From Phaeosaccion multiseriatum (taxonomy: Eukaryota; Protista; Ochrophyta, other classes), in NCBI GenBank assembly GCA_965112735.1, contig OZ218950.1, positions 186,001 through 250,000 of the forward strand: a stretch of DNA of 64,000 nt, given 5' to 3'. Positions 50,232-63,000 of the stretch are shown here, one piece after another (the first letter of the stretch is position 1; the number at the start of each line of letters is the position of its first letter). Under the pieces are notes generated by a model, which saw nothing but the letters and a program-made list of their open reading frames with translations, had not been told where the DNA came from and ran no database searches. Position numbers and translations under genes: made by a program.

Positions 50232-53200
50232 TTAGCACTGCACGCCTCGCTTGGAGCGGCGCACCGCCGTGGAAGGGGCACTGGAGCGCGTCCCTCTCCC
50301 CCCCCCAATGGCGAAACTGCCGTAACCGCCGCCCCTGCTGCCACTGCCCGCCCCCCACGGTGCCTTTCCTCCCCCCTCGCCCCCTGCCCCACCACGTGCC
50401 GCCCCACCGCCCACTGCAGCAGTTGGTGATACAGCAGCAGCAGCCGCCGCCGCCGCCGCCTCTCTTGCGTTGGCCTCCACCTGATGCTCATCGCGAATCT
50501 CGCTCATTTCGGGCTCGCGGTGTGTGGCGCAGGCCCGGCCTCTCTTACCCGTGGTGTAACCGAAGCACCAGCGACGACGACAGCCCGGGAACAGGCAATA
50601 CGCCGCCTTAGTGTGCAGCTCCATCCCCGGCAGGCTGTGCTTCAGGCAGCGGGAAGCGGCGGCGCCGGGCCCTGACCCGGGGGGGCGTAGCCCCCCCCCC
50701 CCTCTTCCGACGGCGACCTTATCACCACCTGCCGCACCTGGCTGGCCGTAGTCGGCGTAGTTGGAGCATCCTTCGTGACCGCACGTGCCAGCCCAGTCGT
50801 TGACCACGTCCACCATCCCACTCGTGCTGTGGCGTAGGCAGTGCGAAGGGCGGGGGGGGGCAGGGTCAGCGCCCCTTCCCTCCCCTCTCTCCTCCTTGAC
50901 AGGAGCGTGACCCTCGAGTCTGGCGTGTGTGGCGGGCTTGGAGCAGAGCGGCTGCACACAGCGCCCATCTGTGACTCCACTGCTGCTGCTGCTGCTGCTG
51001 CTGGCAGTGCCCAGAGAAGAGGAGGCGGCGAGAGAGCGAGGGGCCGCCACCGACAGCAGCGCTGCTCCGTCACAGGCAAAGGAAGGCTCAGGCTCCTTCT
51101 TTGCTCCCTTCGCCCCCCGCGGTGCCTTCTTTCCCTTGTTGCCACCGCCGCTTCGAGTGGAACCGCCCTTGCCCTTCTTACATGTGGTCTGTCCTCTGCC
51201 GCGCACCGCCTTCGTATCACCAACTGCTGCAGTAGCTGCTCCTGCCGGTGCCGAGGAGAAGAGCGATGGGATGGTCCGCTGCAGAGTGGAGTTCGAATTC
51301 GCGGCCGAAGTTGGCGACGGCGTGGAGGAAAACAACGAAGGACGACCGAGACTCGCCGTCGTCGTCGTCGTCGGAGGAGGAGGAGAAGGGGCGGTGGTGA
51401 GCCACTCCGCCTGGTGGGGGTGGGAGAGGAGACTGTGCCGAGAGAGGTCCTGCTCCTCCTCCTCCTGCTCCAACTGCTGTATCACCAACTGCTGATGCTT
51501 CTGCTGCTCCTGCTGCTGCTGTCGCCTTGCGCGTTTGTTGACACTCTTAGGAGTCCCCATACTCGCAGAGGCGGAGGCAGAGGCAGCAGCCTCAGCAGCC
51601 GCGTCTGACCCGCACGCGGCCACATCTCCGTTGCTGAACTTGAACTTGATCTTCAAGTTGAAGTTGCCGCCAAATCTCGAAGACCCCTGCTGCGGGGGCG
51701 GCATGAGCAGTCCACAGGGAGGAGCGGTGCCACTCAGCGGTGAAGTCTTCCTCTTCTTCCCCTTGAGCTGCTGCTGCTGCTGCTGCTGCTGCTGGAGGTG
51801 CTGTTGCTGTTGATAGAGCATCTGCTGCTGCTGCTGGTGCTGCACTTCGCGTCGCGTCGAGAAGAGGGTGGAGGAGGGCCCCCGCCCGCCCTTCTTGATC
51901 CATCCCACCGGAGTCCAGCCCCCCGGGGTAGATGAAGATATGTCCAGACGCCGCCCCCCGCTCTGACTCTTTCCGCTCACAATGATGCCGCTACTCGAAT
52001 CACCGGCCTCAAAGTCTCCATCGCTGCTGCTGATGTTGTTGTTGTTGTTGCTGTTGTTGCCACCTGTGAGGGTCTTGAATCTCTTCTTGACAGACTCGCT
52101 CACCCTAGACAGGAGCGCTGCTGCGGCGGAGGGGGTGGGCTGGTGAGAGGGGGGCGCGTCGAAGGTCAAAGCGGGAGACAAGTACACTGAGGAAGGGGAG
52201 GAAGAGAGCCGTGTTGCTTCTTCTCCCTCTTCCACGCCTCCTCTTCCTTTCCCTCCCTCCTCCGCGTCGTTCGCGCCTTCCTCTTCCACTTGCAACAACC
52301 CCCACCCCCCCACCCCCCCCCCTCCTCCTCCTCCTCCTCCTCCTCCTCCTCCTCCCCTTCTCCTTTCTCCTGCTCCCCTCGAAGTCCCCCCGGGGTCCCC
52401 CAACAGCAGCTCATCCGAGAGTTCGAGACCCGCTAGGAGCATTGGTTCTCCACTCCCTCCCCCGTCGTCGCCAAAGTCGTAGTCGTCTCCAAGGGCGAAC
52501 ATGGCGCCTCCTCCTCCGTGGCGAGGGCTACTGAAGTCACTGAAATCGTCGTTCTTGAGCCCTCCTGTGTGCAGGGCGGTGGAGCGAGGAGAGAGAAGCG
52601 ATTGGAGACTGCTCTTTCGACCGAGAGGAGCCCGTTGCTGGTGCGACTGCTGCTTGTGCGGCTGTCGCCGGAGCCCCCTCTTGGATCCTCGAGTCGCACG
52701 TCCGGTGGATGCGCCGTCGACGGCCGAGGTGGTGGTGGTGGTGGTGGTGCTGGTGGTGGGGGTGGGGTGGGATGCACTTTGGTGAGGTACCACCTTTCCC
52801 CCGTTGAGGCTCGCCGCATCTCCGCTCCTCCTCCTCTTGTTGTGGTGCTGCCCCTCCCCCTCCCCCTCCGTCTCCTCCTCCCGCTGCTGCTGCTGCTGCT
52901 GCTGCTGCTGCCGCTGAGCCTTGTCGAAGGCCTGTAGCGCCCTGTGGACATTGGACGTGTTCGCCGCACGCACGCACCATTTGTCGACCTCCGTATTGAA
53001 CCTCGCCACCTCCTCAGTGTAGTACTGTGACTGTTGGGACGAAGCGGCACAGTTGTTGCCCTGACCAGCCTGACTCGACCGACTCGACCGGCAATGCCCC
53101 CCGCCTCGACCCCTGCTCCCAATTGGAGGAGGAGGAGCGATGCCCGACTCCATAAAGCTCACCCGCTCCGCAATGTGCTCCGTCAGAGAGAGGGCTCTGC

Positions 53201-54892
53201 CATCTGTAGACAGTTCACCACTGCCTCGCAAACCCCCCCCCCCCACCGCCCCCACTGCTTGAAACATGGACCACTTCTTCTGCAGGGCGTGGAGTTGTCG
53301 CTGCAGAGCCGTTTCACTCGCCCTCTTAGACGGGTGCGAGGAGGGCTTGCGTTTGGCGGCCGCCGCTGCTGCTGAGGCCGCGGCTGTGGCAGCTGCGGCG
53401 GCGTTCACTGCGGCTGCCACTGCTGCCTCGGCTAAGGCGGCGTTGACCACCACCCCGTCGCCTCCTCCTTCTTCTCCTTCTCCTCCTTCTCTCCCTTCTC
53501 TGCCTCTACCGTCCGCCCCTGTGTGTGTCCCCTTCTCATCTCCTCCTCCTCCCCTGGCCTTGGCCCTTACCCTTGCTCTCGCCGCAGCGGCTCTGGGGCC
53601 ACCATCTCCTCCTCCTCCTCCTCCTCCTCCTCCTCCTCCCCCTGCCCCATGCAATGCCACTCCTGCCGTATCACCAACTGCTCCTCCTGCGCCTGCTGCC
53701 CACCCCGAGTCTGAGCCCCCTCCGCCTCCTTCCTCGACGCCCTCATTGACCGCCGCCGCAGCGACGGCAAGGGCCGCAGTGGCAGCAGCAGCAGCAGACA
53801 CAGCCCTCTCCCTCTCCTTGGCCGCCACTGCAGAGAGTGCCGCAGCGTGGTCGGCCTTGATGGCGCTCATAGAGAGGGCTGTGTTTCCTGTATTTCCCAC
53901 CTCTCTCCCCTTGTCTCTCTTGGCGCTGCTCTTCTTGTTGCTCTTCTTGCCCTTCCCCTTGTGGTCCTTGCCTGCCTTGTTACTGCCTCCCTTACCGCCC
54001 CGGCCGCCACCCTCCCCTCCACTCCCGTCCGATCCCCGCCCCGCCTTGCCGTCATCACCACACCCCTCCTCCCCTTCACAGTCCTCCCGCCATCCACTGC
54101 CATCTCCGGTGCCCCCACCTTTCGCCGCCAGCCCCTTGGCGTCCAACCCTGCTATGAGCAAGTCCGCTGGGGGAGGATCGAAGTAGTCCGCAATGAGGTC
54201 CATATGCAAGCGACTCTCGGCCTCTGGATCGAAGTCAACATTGTTGGCGTTGGCACCGGCCGCCCACGTCTGCGGGTTGTTGGTGAGAATGTCTCCCAAC
54301 ATGCTTCCCAGGTGGCTGCCAGGGCCCTCCACGCGATGAAACGCCAGCTGTGATCGTGGAGTTGGTGCTCCAGTAGGGCCCACCTGCGGGGGGGAGGAGG
54401 ACGAAGAGGAAGAGGAGGGCGCCCCTGATCGACTCGACGGGGTGATCTTTCCACCTCTCGCTCCATCCTCGTCCTCTTCCTCGTCTCGGTCCTGATGATG
54501 GTCTCCAATCACATGCTCGGTGCCCAACCCTCCTCCTTGTATGGCGCCTCTCCCCCCCGGCTTGGAGATGTGGCAGTGCCCACGGGGGCTCTCCTCTGGG
54601 AGCATCACCAGAAGTCTGGGTGTGCTGCCCTTCCGACACAGGGGTGGGGCCCAGGTCGTATTGACCGTCATGGGCGCCTGCTCCTGTATCACCAACGGCT
54701 CCTCCTCCTCCTGCTCTTCCTCCTGCTCCAGCTGCTGCAGCAGCTGCTGCTTGGAGGACGGGGTCGCAGGACGAGGAGCCTTCTTGTACTGCGACAAGGC
54801 GGAAGCCGCTGACGAGCTCGCCTGCAGCGCCTCTTGTTCTTGTTCTTGATCCTGTTGCTCCCGCTGCTGTTGGGGCTGGCGCTGCTCTTGTG

Positions 54893-54927
<35 letters not shown>

Positions 54928-55403
54928 TGTTCTTGGGGCTGCCGTTGTTCTTGTGGTTGTTGTGGCTCCTTCTGGGGACCGGCTTTAAGACCCGGCGCCC
55001 CTCTACCTATGCCTTCCAACTGTGAAGAGACTGCAGCGAGCGCGGCAAGCTTCCCTGACGGAACGTAAGTGAAGGACTCCGCCGCCATGCTTGCGTCTCC
55101 TCCTGCCGCCGTTGCTGCCATCATCGAGAGGGCTGGGGCGTGAAGGAAAGAGGCTGATTGATGAGCGGGGTCAAGCTTCTTCCTCTGCTGCTGCTGCGGC
55201 TGTTGCTGATGCTGCTGCATGGCCCACGACTCCGCTGGACTTCCACCCCCCACCAATCCGTTGTTGGTGGGAAAGCAGGGGCTCGTACATGAAGGAGAAG
55301 GAAACATGCCGGACGCAGGAGCTAACCCTAAGCTGCCGTCGTCCTGATCGGTAGAGACTTTGATACACGGTGGGTACAGATCAGCTTCGCCGTTACTCAA
55401 CAT
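50232..55403 (-). CDS. Large low-complexity protein with three C-terminal EsV-1-7-like cysteine-rich repeats
   Basis: Over 1700 codons open, first ATG at 55403 (upstream exons possible). C-terminal motifs CVQPLC..CLRHSTSGMVDV, CGHEGC..CLKHSLPGM and CLFPGC..CATHREPEM. Confidence 0.75.
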
Positions 55404-56228
55404 AATACCTCGTCCCTTGGTGCTCCTACTGTGCCAGCTCTTTTGCGGTCTCCTCCTCCCCCTCTTCACCGTGCTGGTGCTGCTGCGATGACTGCGAGGT
55501 GTGCTTGCGTACAGCACTTCAGCTCTATTTCCTTCTCATCCCCGCCTCCTCCGTCTTGCTCGTCACTTCCTTCCTACGTCTCTGGTCTTTGATGACGTAT
55601 TCTTCCTTTCCTTTCTTCTTCTTTCGATGCCACCTCCTCCACCTTGCCACCAAGGCTCTGGCTTGGCCCTCACCGACCCAAGGAGGCGTCCATCGCGCTG
55701 CTCAAGGAGGCCTACAGTGATAATTTAGCAGCTGTGATAGAGTAGGAGGAAGATAGAGGACTGCCGTATAACGGGACAAGGAGGCCAGCTGTGTGCTCGC
55801 AGCACAGGGTCAGTTACAGAATTTTTTTGTAACGGCGATTTCATTGACATATTCCGGCCCCCTTTTCCTTCTTCTTTCTGAACTCAGGGCAACGAATTAA
55901 TTTAATTGAAATTAAAATCAACAACAATCGTTCGTCGTCCGCCAACGCCGCGACGCTCGTTCTTGCCTTCGCCTTCCTCAGAGGCCCTCGCCGTGCCGCC
56001 TTCCTTGGTCCTTGGACGCCCCCCCCCGAGCGGGCTGAGAGCTGAGAGGGGTTGCGGGGCAGACGGGAGGTTGCGTGCACGGCCTCTTCCTGCAAGTCCC
56101 TCAGTGCTTGAGAGATCAATGCTCAACCCTATCGCCGGCCCTGTTGTATCACCAACTGCTGCCTGCTGCTGCTGCTGCTGGTGGTGGTGGCCCAAGGCTT
56201 CTCTCCTGCGCGCCTCTAGCCCGTGCCT

Positions 56229-56390
56229 GTACAAACTAGAGGTCTACGTACAAATTAGAGGTCTACGTACAAACTAGAGGTCTGCATGTACAAACTAGAG
56301 GTCTGCACGTACAAACTAGAGGTCTACGTACAAACTAGAGGTCTACACGTGCAAACTAGAGGTCTACACGTACAAACTAGAGGCCTACAC
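56229..56390. repeat. Minisatellite, 8 units of 19/21 bp (gtacaaactagaggtctac[ac])
   Basis: Direct reading of the sequence; units are directly adjacent with no unique spacers. Confidence 0.95.
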
Positions 56391-57012
56391 GGCAGCCCAG
56401 CCTCTGAGCCACTAAGCCGGAAGGTAGGGAAGGGAAGGCTCTTGAAACGGCATGTGCGCACTTGTCACAAAGGAAGGGCCTCCCACACTCCCACGGGCTT
56501 TGAACTCCTCCTCGGGGGCTGCACAAGGAAGGTGCTTGTCTCCAGGGGAGGTCCGGAAGAGCTAACTTGAAGGCGGGCAACATCTCGTCTCGAATATACG
56601 AGAGAGAGAGACTGACTGCCATTCCGTACAATGAAACCCCCATTCCCCCATTCCCCCCGCACCACACCGTCCCGTGGAGCCGGAGGATGGAGTAATCTGT
56701 AGCAAGATTCTGGCGCCAACCGACCGACGGGGAGGAAGCATCCCGAAAGAAGCAAAGATAATGTCGAGCATGTTGCTGCTGCTGCTGCTGCTGCTGGTGG
56801 TGGTGGTGGTCCTTGAGCCACGCGACGGTGCTGCTGTTTCAACTGTTTCAACTGTCCGCTGTCCGTTGCAGCTGCCCCAACGACAGGACAGGCAAGAGGA
56901 AGCACTGCTGCTCCCCCAGACCCGGTGCCTACTGCATGCCGCTTCCCTCTCTCCTTGGTCCTCATCTGTGCTCAGATGTCCCCCCTCTCCTCTCCTTAGT
57001 CCTCATCAGTGA

Positions 57013-58774
57013 TTAGAAGTCCTCCACGCCGTGCTCGACGAACGAGTCAGCAAAGGTGTGGCATGTGTTGAAGGGGACCCTTAGGTGGGTGTCCCATGAG
57101 TCGATGAAGGCGGTGAAGTCGTCCATACTGCAGAAACTCTCTCCACACAGCTTCAAACCTCGTGGCCTGAAGGCAAGTTGAAGGACGCGCAAGTGCGAAG
57201 GGAGGGAGAGAGAGAGAGAGAGAGAGAGAGGAAGAGTGAAGGGGGGGAAGTTGAGGAGAGAAGAGAGGGAGAGGGAGAGTGAGAGTCAAGGGAGTTGAGG
57301 AGAGGGGTGGGGCGGGGTGAGAAGGCATAGGGGCATATGGAAAGCTGGACATTAGGCAGATGGTCGCAGGAGAGGAGCAGCAAGAGGAGGGGGGGGAGGT
57401 GTGTATATGGGGACAGAGAGAGAAGAAGGGGGAGGGCACACAAGACGGTCGGGCAAGGCCGTCCTCCCGCCCTCATGCACGCACGCAAGCACGTACTCCC
57501 TCCCTCCCTCACTCACTCACTCACTCACTCACTCACTCACTCACTCACTCACTCGTTCGCTTACTGACTCACCCACTCGCTCACTGACTCACTCACTCAC
57601 TCAATCACTCACTCACTCACTCACTCGCCTATTGACTCACTCACTGACTCACTCGCTCACTCACTCGCTCACTCACTCGCTTATTGACTGACTCACTCAC
57701 TGACTCACTCGCTCACTCACTCGCTCAGTGACTCACTCATTGACTCACTCACTGACTCACGCCCTCCCTCTCTCCCTCCCTCACTGACTGACTGACTCAC
57801 CGGTATCTCAGAATTCGACAGCGCACCTTCCCCGGCACAGAGCGGAGGGAGGCGAGGCGCCGCGTGGTCTTGGCCGCGAGGGGGTGGACCGGGAGGAAGT
57901 CGAACAGCATGAACTGACTCGACGCAGGCAAGGCAAGGCAAGGCAAGGCATGGCATAGCATAGCATAGCATGGTGAGGCAAAGGGGAGAAGGGGACGAGG
58001 GAGGGGGCACAACAACACAGCAGAGAGAGGCCAGCAAACAGCGAGAGAGAGAGAGAGAAGCGAGCGGATAAGTGAGGCTCGTGATGAAGCAAGTACACAC
58101 ACAAATGAAGAAAGGGGACAGGCTTGGTGGTTCGGTGGTGCGAAAAGAAGAATGACGGCAGCAGTGATGCCGTTGCAGTGAAATACGTCGTGTCCTTTAC
58201 CTGGCTTCGGTTTCAGACTCGCACGGTAGGTCTACTACACCAAAAGTGAAACCGAAGCTCCTCTGCTCACTCACTCCCTCACCTGTCCAAAAACGGCGTC
58301 CTCCTTCTCACCCCTCCTCCTCGTCCTGCCTCCCCCCGCCGCCCCGCTGATCGTTGCACCCACCTGCGTCAGTGAGTGAGTCAGTCAGTGAGTGGGTGAG
58401 GAAGAAATTGACCAAGTGAGTGAGTGAGTGAGTGAGTGAGTGAATGAGTGGGTAAGTGAGTGAGTGGGTGGGTGAGTGAGCCGCGCTGATGCTGCCCCCA
58501 ATCCTTACCTCCATGCCCTTGGTGACGATGGCCTGCATGGAGTCCTCCTGCAGAGCTTCGATCACCACCGACACATGCAGCTGTAGATGAAGAATCCGCA
58601 GGGTTGGGTGACGATGGCAGTTGATAGGGCGTGCGGGGGGGGGGGCAAGGAGGGAGAGAGGGAGGGGAAGAGGGTTGAAGAAAAGGAAAGGTGAGGGGAG
58701 AGAACGAAAGGCGGCGTTATAGCCGCAGGTCAAGGAGAGCACCCGCTGAAGATATCGCACAGCCTAAACCCACT

Positions 58775-58805
<31 letters not shown>

Positions 58806-59658
58806 CTTGCGGAGGGAGAAATGACGTGTCCTGTTACCTTTAGGAATTTGGGACCTCCCACCAGAGGCCCATATGCTTTCCATATCCGAAAGGAAGGGAG
58901 GCTGGGGTCGTAGTCGAGTATGCCGGCCTCGTCAATGTCCATGTCCACGGACTCAGTCTCCATCTCGGAGGAAGAGGTTACCGTAGACACCAGTGCCGAA
59001 GAGGGCCGACATCGATGCCTCCTGCTGCTGGTGCTACCGGTGCTGCTCCTGCTGGTGCTGCTCCCCCATCCCCGCTGTTGAGGATGAGTCTCCCCGTCCT
59101 CGCCCTGCTGCCTTCTCCCGGAATCTGCTGCGACTGCCGGTACTCTCCGAGCTTCTAGGCTCCAGCGATACCGCCGTGCCGAGCGAGACCCAGTAGCGGC
59201 CAGTGAAGGACGAACACTTGCTGCTTCACGAGGCTTCGCGAAGCTGGGAAACCCACTATTACTACTACCACTACTACCACTACTGCTGCTGCTGCTTCTG
59301 CCGCTCCCGCTGCTACTGCTTCTACTACTACTATCTCTACTACTGGTATTCGCGAAGGCTCCTCCTGCAGGGGGGAGAGGGCACAGAGCAAAGCGGGCGT
59401 CAAAGGTCGTTTGAAAATCCCTCACCCTGGAAGGGGACAGCCTGCTATTGCACATACTCAAGCCACTACTTTACCATAAATACTGCAATATTACTGTGAA
59501 GTACCTTGGAAGGCCTGGACGACCCCTCCGTTCATCCCCAGTACGCAGAGCAGACAGAGCGCCACCCCCGCTGCTCCTACCGCTCCTCGGGCGGCAGCTG
59601 CGAGGAGATTCGATGTGCGAGAAGGCCGAGATACAACCGTTCTATTGGTACCTCTCAT
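57013..59658 (-). CDS. Hypothetical protein, probably plastid-targeted, multi-exon
   Basis: Hydrophobic leader ending VQAF. Exons ...GPLVGGPKFLK|LHVSVVIE..., FMLFDFLPVHP...VPGKVRCR and ...WDTHLRVPFNTCHTFADSF...DF*, with GT-AG boundaries. The start is uncertain. Confidence 0.6.
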
Positions 59659-60910
59659 GCTGGCCCTGGCAGGCAGAGAGGATGCGTAGCGGGGCCTGTA
59701 GGACTCCCTTGAAGGCTGGCTGGGGGCCCGGTGCCGTCCAACGGCCGTGTATTCCAAGTCCCTATGGTGCCCCCTGCCTAAAACGCCACCACTCCGCAGT
59801 GAATGCTTCTCCAATATAGCGAGTTTACCAACCCTCGCCCGCAGCTGGCCCCAGTAGAGGGCTGTGCAACGCTGAAGGGAGATGCAAATCAAACGCGCCG
59901 CGGCCACGTGGGTAGCAGTTGGGTCTCGGCCAGGACGATGTGGCGTCCAACTTTCACCGCCGTTTCCCACTGACTTCCTCCCCCTGCTTCTTCTGCTTCT
60001 CCTGCTGTCGCTTCTGCGCTTCGACGCTGCTTTTGCGCTTGCTTCTTGGGGTTTGTTTGTTTTCGAGACTTGCTCAACTTTTCAGGAAATTTTAGAGCAC
60101 CAACTCGCCCACAAAACCCCCTCGGGGTGCCTCACCACCTCCCTGCCTTCTCCAGCGCATTTCCTTCGACCGAGAGTTAACGATGACGACAACAAGACAG
60201 AGGAAGAGCCGAGGCAACTGCAGCAGGCGGTTGCAGCTGGCTGCGGCGGCGCTCCTCGCCACGCTGCCCGCAATGGAGGGGTTCACACTATCAGCAAACG
60301 CGAGGGTGAGGGACGGCTCATGAGGGAGCGAGCGTTCAAGCGGCTGAGAGAGGAACTTGAGGGAGGCAGGGTTCGAGGGACTGAGAGAGTCGCTTTGCAA
60401 GGGTGGTGGCGATCGGAGGTACAATGTCGCGTCCGGATGGTGTGCTAGTCCCTTTTTCCCGTCCTAATCTTGCCCGTCTCCCCCCCACCTGATTTTGTTG
60501 TTGCAATTGCACCCTCTCTTTCGGGCCTCCTTGGCAGTGAGTGACACGGACATGCGTTGCCCAGCTACTTCTAATCTCCAAAACCATACAGCCCGGGTGG
60601 AGGGGAGGAGGGAGTGGGGCGGGGCGACGACGAGGAGGAGGAGGACAAGAGGAGGAGGGTGAGGGGGGGGGGGAAGGAGGAGGAGAGGAGGAGAAGGGGA
60701 AGAGGAGTAGGTATCGGGAATAGGCCCAGCGAGGTAGCGTGTGTCTCCCTCTTCCCTCGATGGGTCTTCCCTTCCTCTATGGGGGGGACCGATCAGCATT
60801 CAGGGCCAATCTGCCGTCAGCCAACCCAACCTTGGGGTAGTACTTGTATTGTACAATTGGGCCCTTGTATCCCAATCGTACATATTGTCTTTCTCCTCAA
60901 ATCCCTGCAG

Positions 60911-62745
60911 GCTTTCGATGAGCGCACAACAGCCGCAGGGAGGCTTGTCGCGCAGAGATGCCATCATCAAGTCCGCAAGTGAGTGCGTTGGCAGGGGATT
61001 GATATGAATACTGAATGACTCTTTGGCTCTCTGTTGCTTCGCATCTACCCACCGGCCTTCGACGCCTGGGTACCCACACCAGCCTACTCACACTCCCCCC
61101 CCCTCCATCCATTTCCTTCCCTCCCACGCACCCCCGCGCCACCCCATCTCGTGTAGACGGCCTCGCGGTAGGGGCAGCTCTGCTGGCAGGGGCCCCCGCC
61201 CCGTCCCTGGCGAGTCTCAGCAGCGTCAATGATAAGCTCAGGGGCTACGGTCTGCCTCCTATAGAAACGCCACCAAAAGGCAAGAAGAAAGATTGTCCGT
61301 TCTTGGAACCTAAGGAACGCTCTGGCAGTGAGCGAGTAGGGGTCTTCTCAAGACCGTTCCGAGAATGGGCGAGGAGTGTTCCACCGGCGCCAGCTGACAC
61401 CTGACGCTGACCTGTTGTGCGAGTGTCACCTGAACAGAATAGCATGATGGGCGGTATGATGGGGGCTCCCTCTCTCTTCACCAACACGAACAAGACATGT
61501 GTTCTTCCCTCTTGTTCTCTCTGCCTCTCTCCCTCCCTCTCACCCTATTTATCCTCCCCTCCCACCCCACCCCCCTTCTCTTTCTATAACAAAACTGTTA
61601 CCTCTCTCACCCACCCACTCACCCACTCACTCACCCACTCACTCACCCACTCACCCACCCACTCACCCACCCACTCACTCACCCACTCACAGGAATGAAC
61701 CCTGTGCTGGAGATTTACGGCAGGGACGAGAACCGCGAGACCATCCTGGTGGGATGGAACTACCCCAGGACGTGGATCGTGGAGAGACCTAACATGGACA
61801 CCAACTACGAGGATGGAACCGTGTCCACGGGCGACTATCAGAAGGGGGACACCGCGGTAAGGAGGAGGGGTGTGTGTGTTGGGGGGGTCGGGGAGGGAGG
61901 GAGGGAGGGAGGGAGGGAGGGAGGGTGGGTTGGGGGGTGGGTGAGTGAGGGAGTGGGTTAGGGAGGAAGGGAGAGGGTGAGCGAATGATGCATGCATTCT
62001 ATGTATGTATGTATGTATGTATGTATGTTCAACATGCTCTCACGCCCGCCGCCCCACTCCCTACTCCGATGCCACGTGACTTCCATCTTGACCGTTACAT
62101 CCGTTACGTTTCATCGCAGTTCCTGTACGTGGGGGAGAAGGAACTGATGGAGAACGACTCTCTGAACAAGGAGAGCGCGGCCAACATCATTCAGAAAGCT
62201 ATCAGTCAAAAGGGAGACAACCAGTACCAGAGCTTCAAGCTCAAGAGCCTCAAGGAGGTTAGTGGGTGTAGGGCACGGCGAGGGCGCGGTCGTGTGGGCC
62301 AGTTGGTAATGCGGACCAGTTGGTTTCCTTCCTACTGATTCCATGTCTTACCCGCGTCCTTCCTCTCGTCCTTGTTGCCTTGTTCGCGTCCTTGCCTCTC
62401 CTCCTTCTCCTCCTTCTCCTCCTCCTCCTCCTCCTCCTCCTCCTCCTCCTCCTCCTCCTCCTCCTCCTCCTCCTCCTCCTCCTCTGGATGCTGCTGCTGC
62501 TTGCTCAGGGAGGAAAGGGCAGGGGATCGCAGAAGTACTTCCTCGCGGCATTCTCCTATGAACTCCTCACCGGCGCCGGATTCACCGTGGACAGAGTAGG
62601 TGAGTCAGTCAGTGAGTCAGGCGGCCAGTCAGTCAAGTCTGGCGTTTTCAGTTTCAGTTTAGGAGACCCACCCCAGCAGTGAGTGCCGATGACCTGATGG
62701 GCAGTTACTCTGTGGGCACCTTTCCTCTCCCACCCTCCCCCCCGT

Positions 62746-62798
<53 letters not shown>

Positions 62799-63000
62799 TT
62801 GCGTGTTTGTGTGTTCGCGTCTTCCCCCACCTTCAGGCAACGCGGCCATCACGCAGCTGGGCGGCAACACGCAGGCCGTTGTGGCGGCGACGACCTCCAA
62901 GCGTTACAAGAAACTGCAGCCAGAGATGGAGGAGATTGCAAGGAGCTTCAGGGTCTATGACGGCATCCCAAAGAGAATGGTGCAGAACCAGAGGAGATAA
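60911..63000 (+). CDS. PsbP-like thylakoid lumen protein (first exon probably ~60424-60595, unresolved)
   Basis: Twin-Arg SRRDA plus hydrophobic LAVGAALLAGAPAPSLA lumen signal, followed by exons YPRTW..., YELLTGAGFTVDR and MEEIARSFRV. Confidence 0.7.

Noticed and set aside
56229-56390. CRISPR-like array
   Set aside because: Units are directly adjacent with no unique spacers, there are no cas genes, and the context is eukaryotic.
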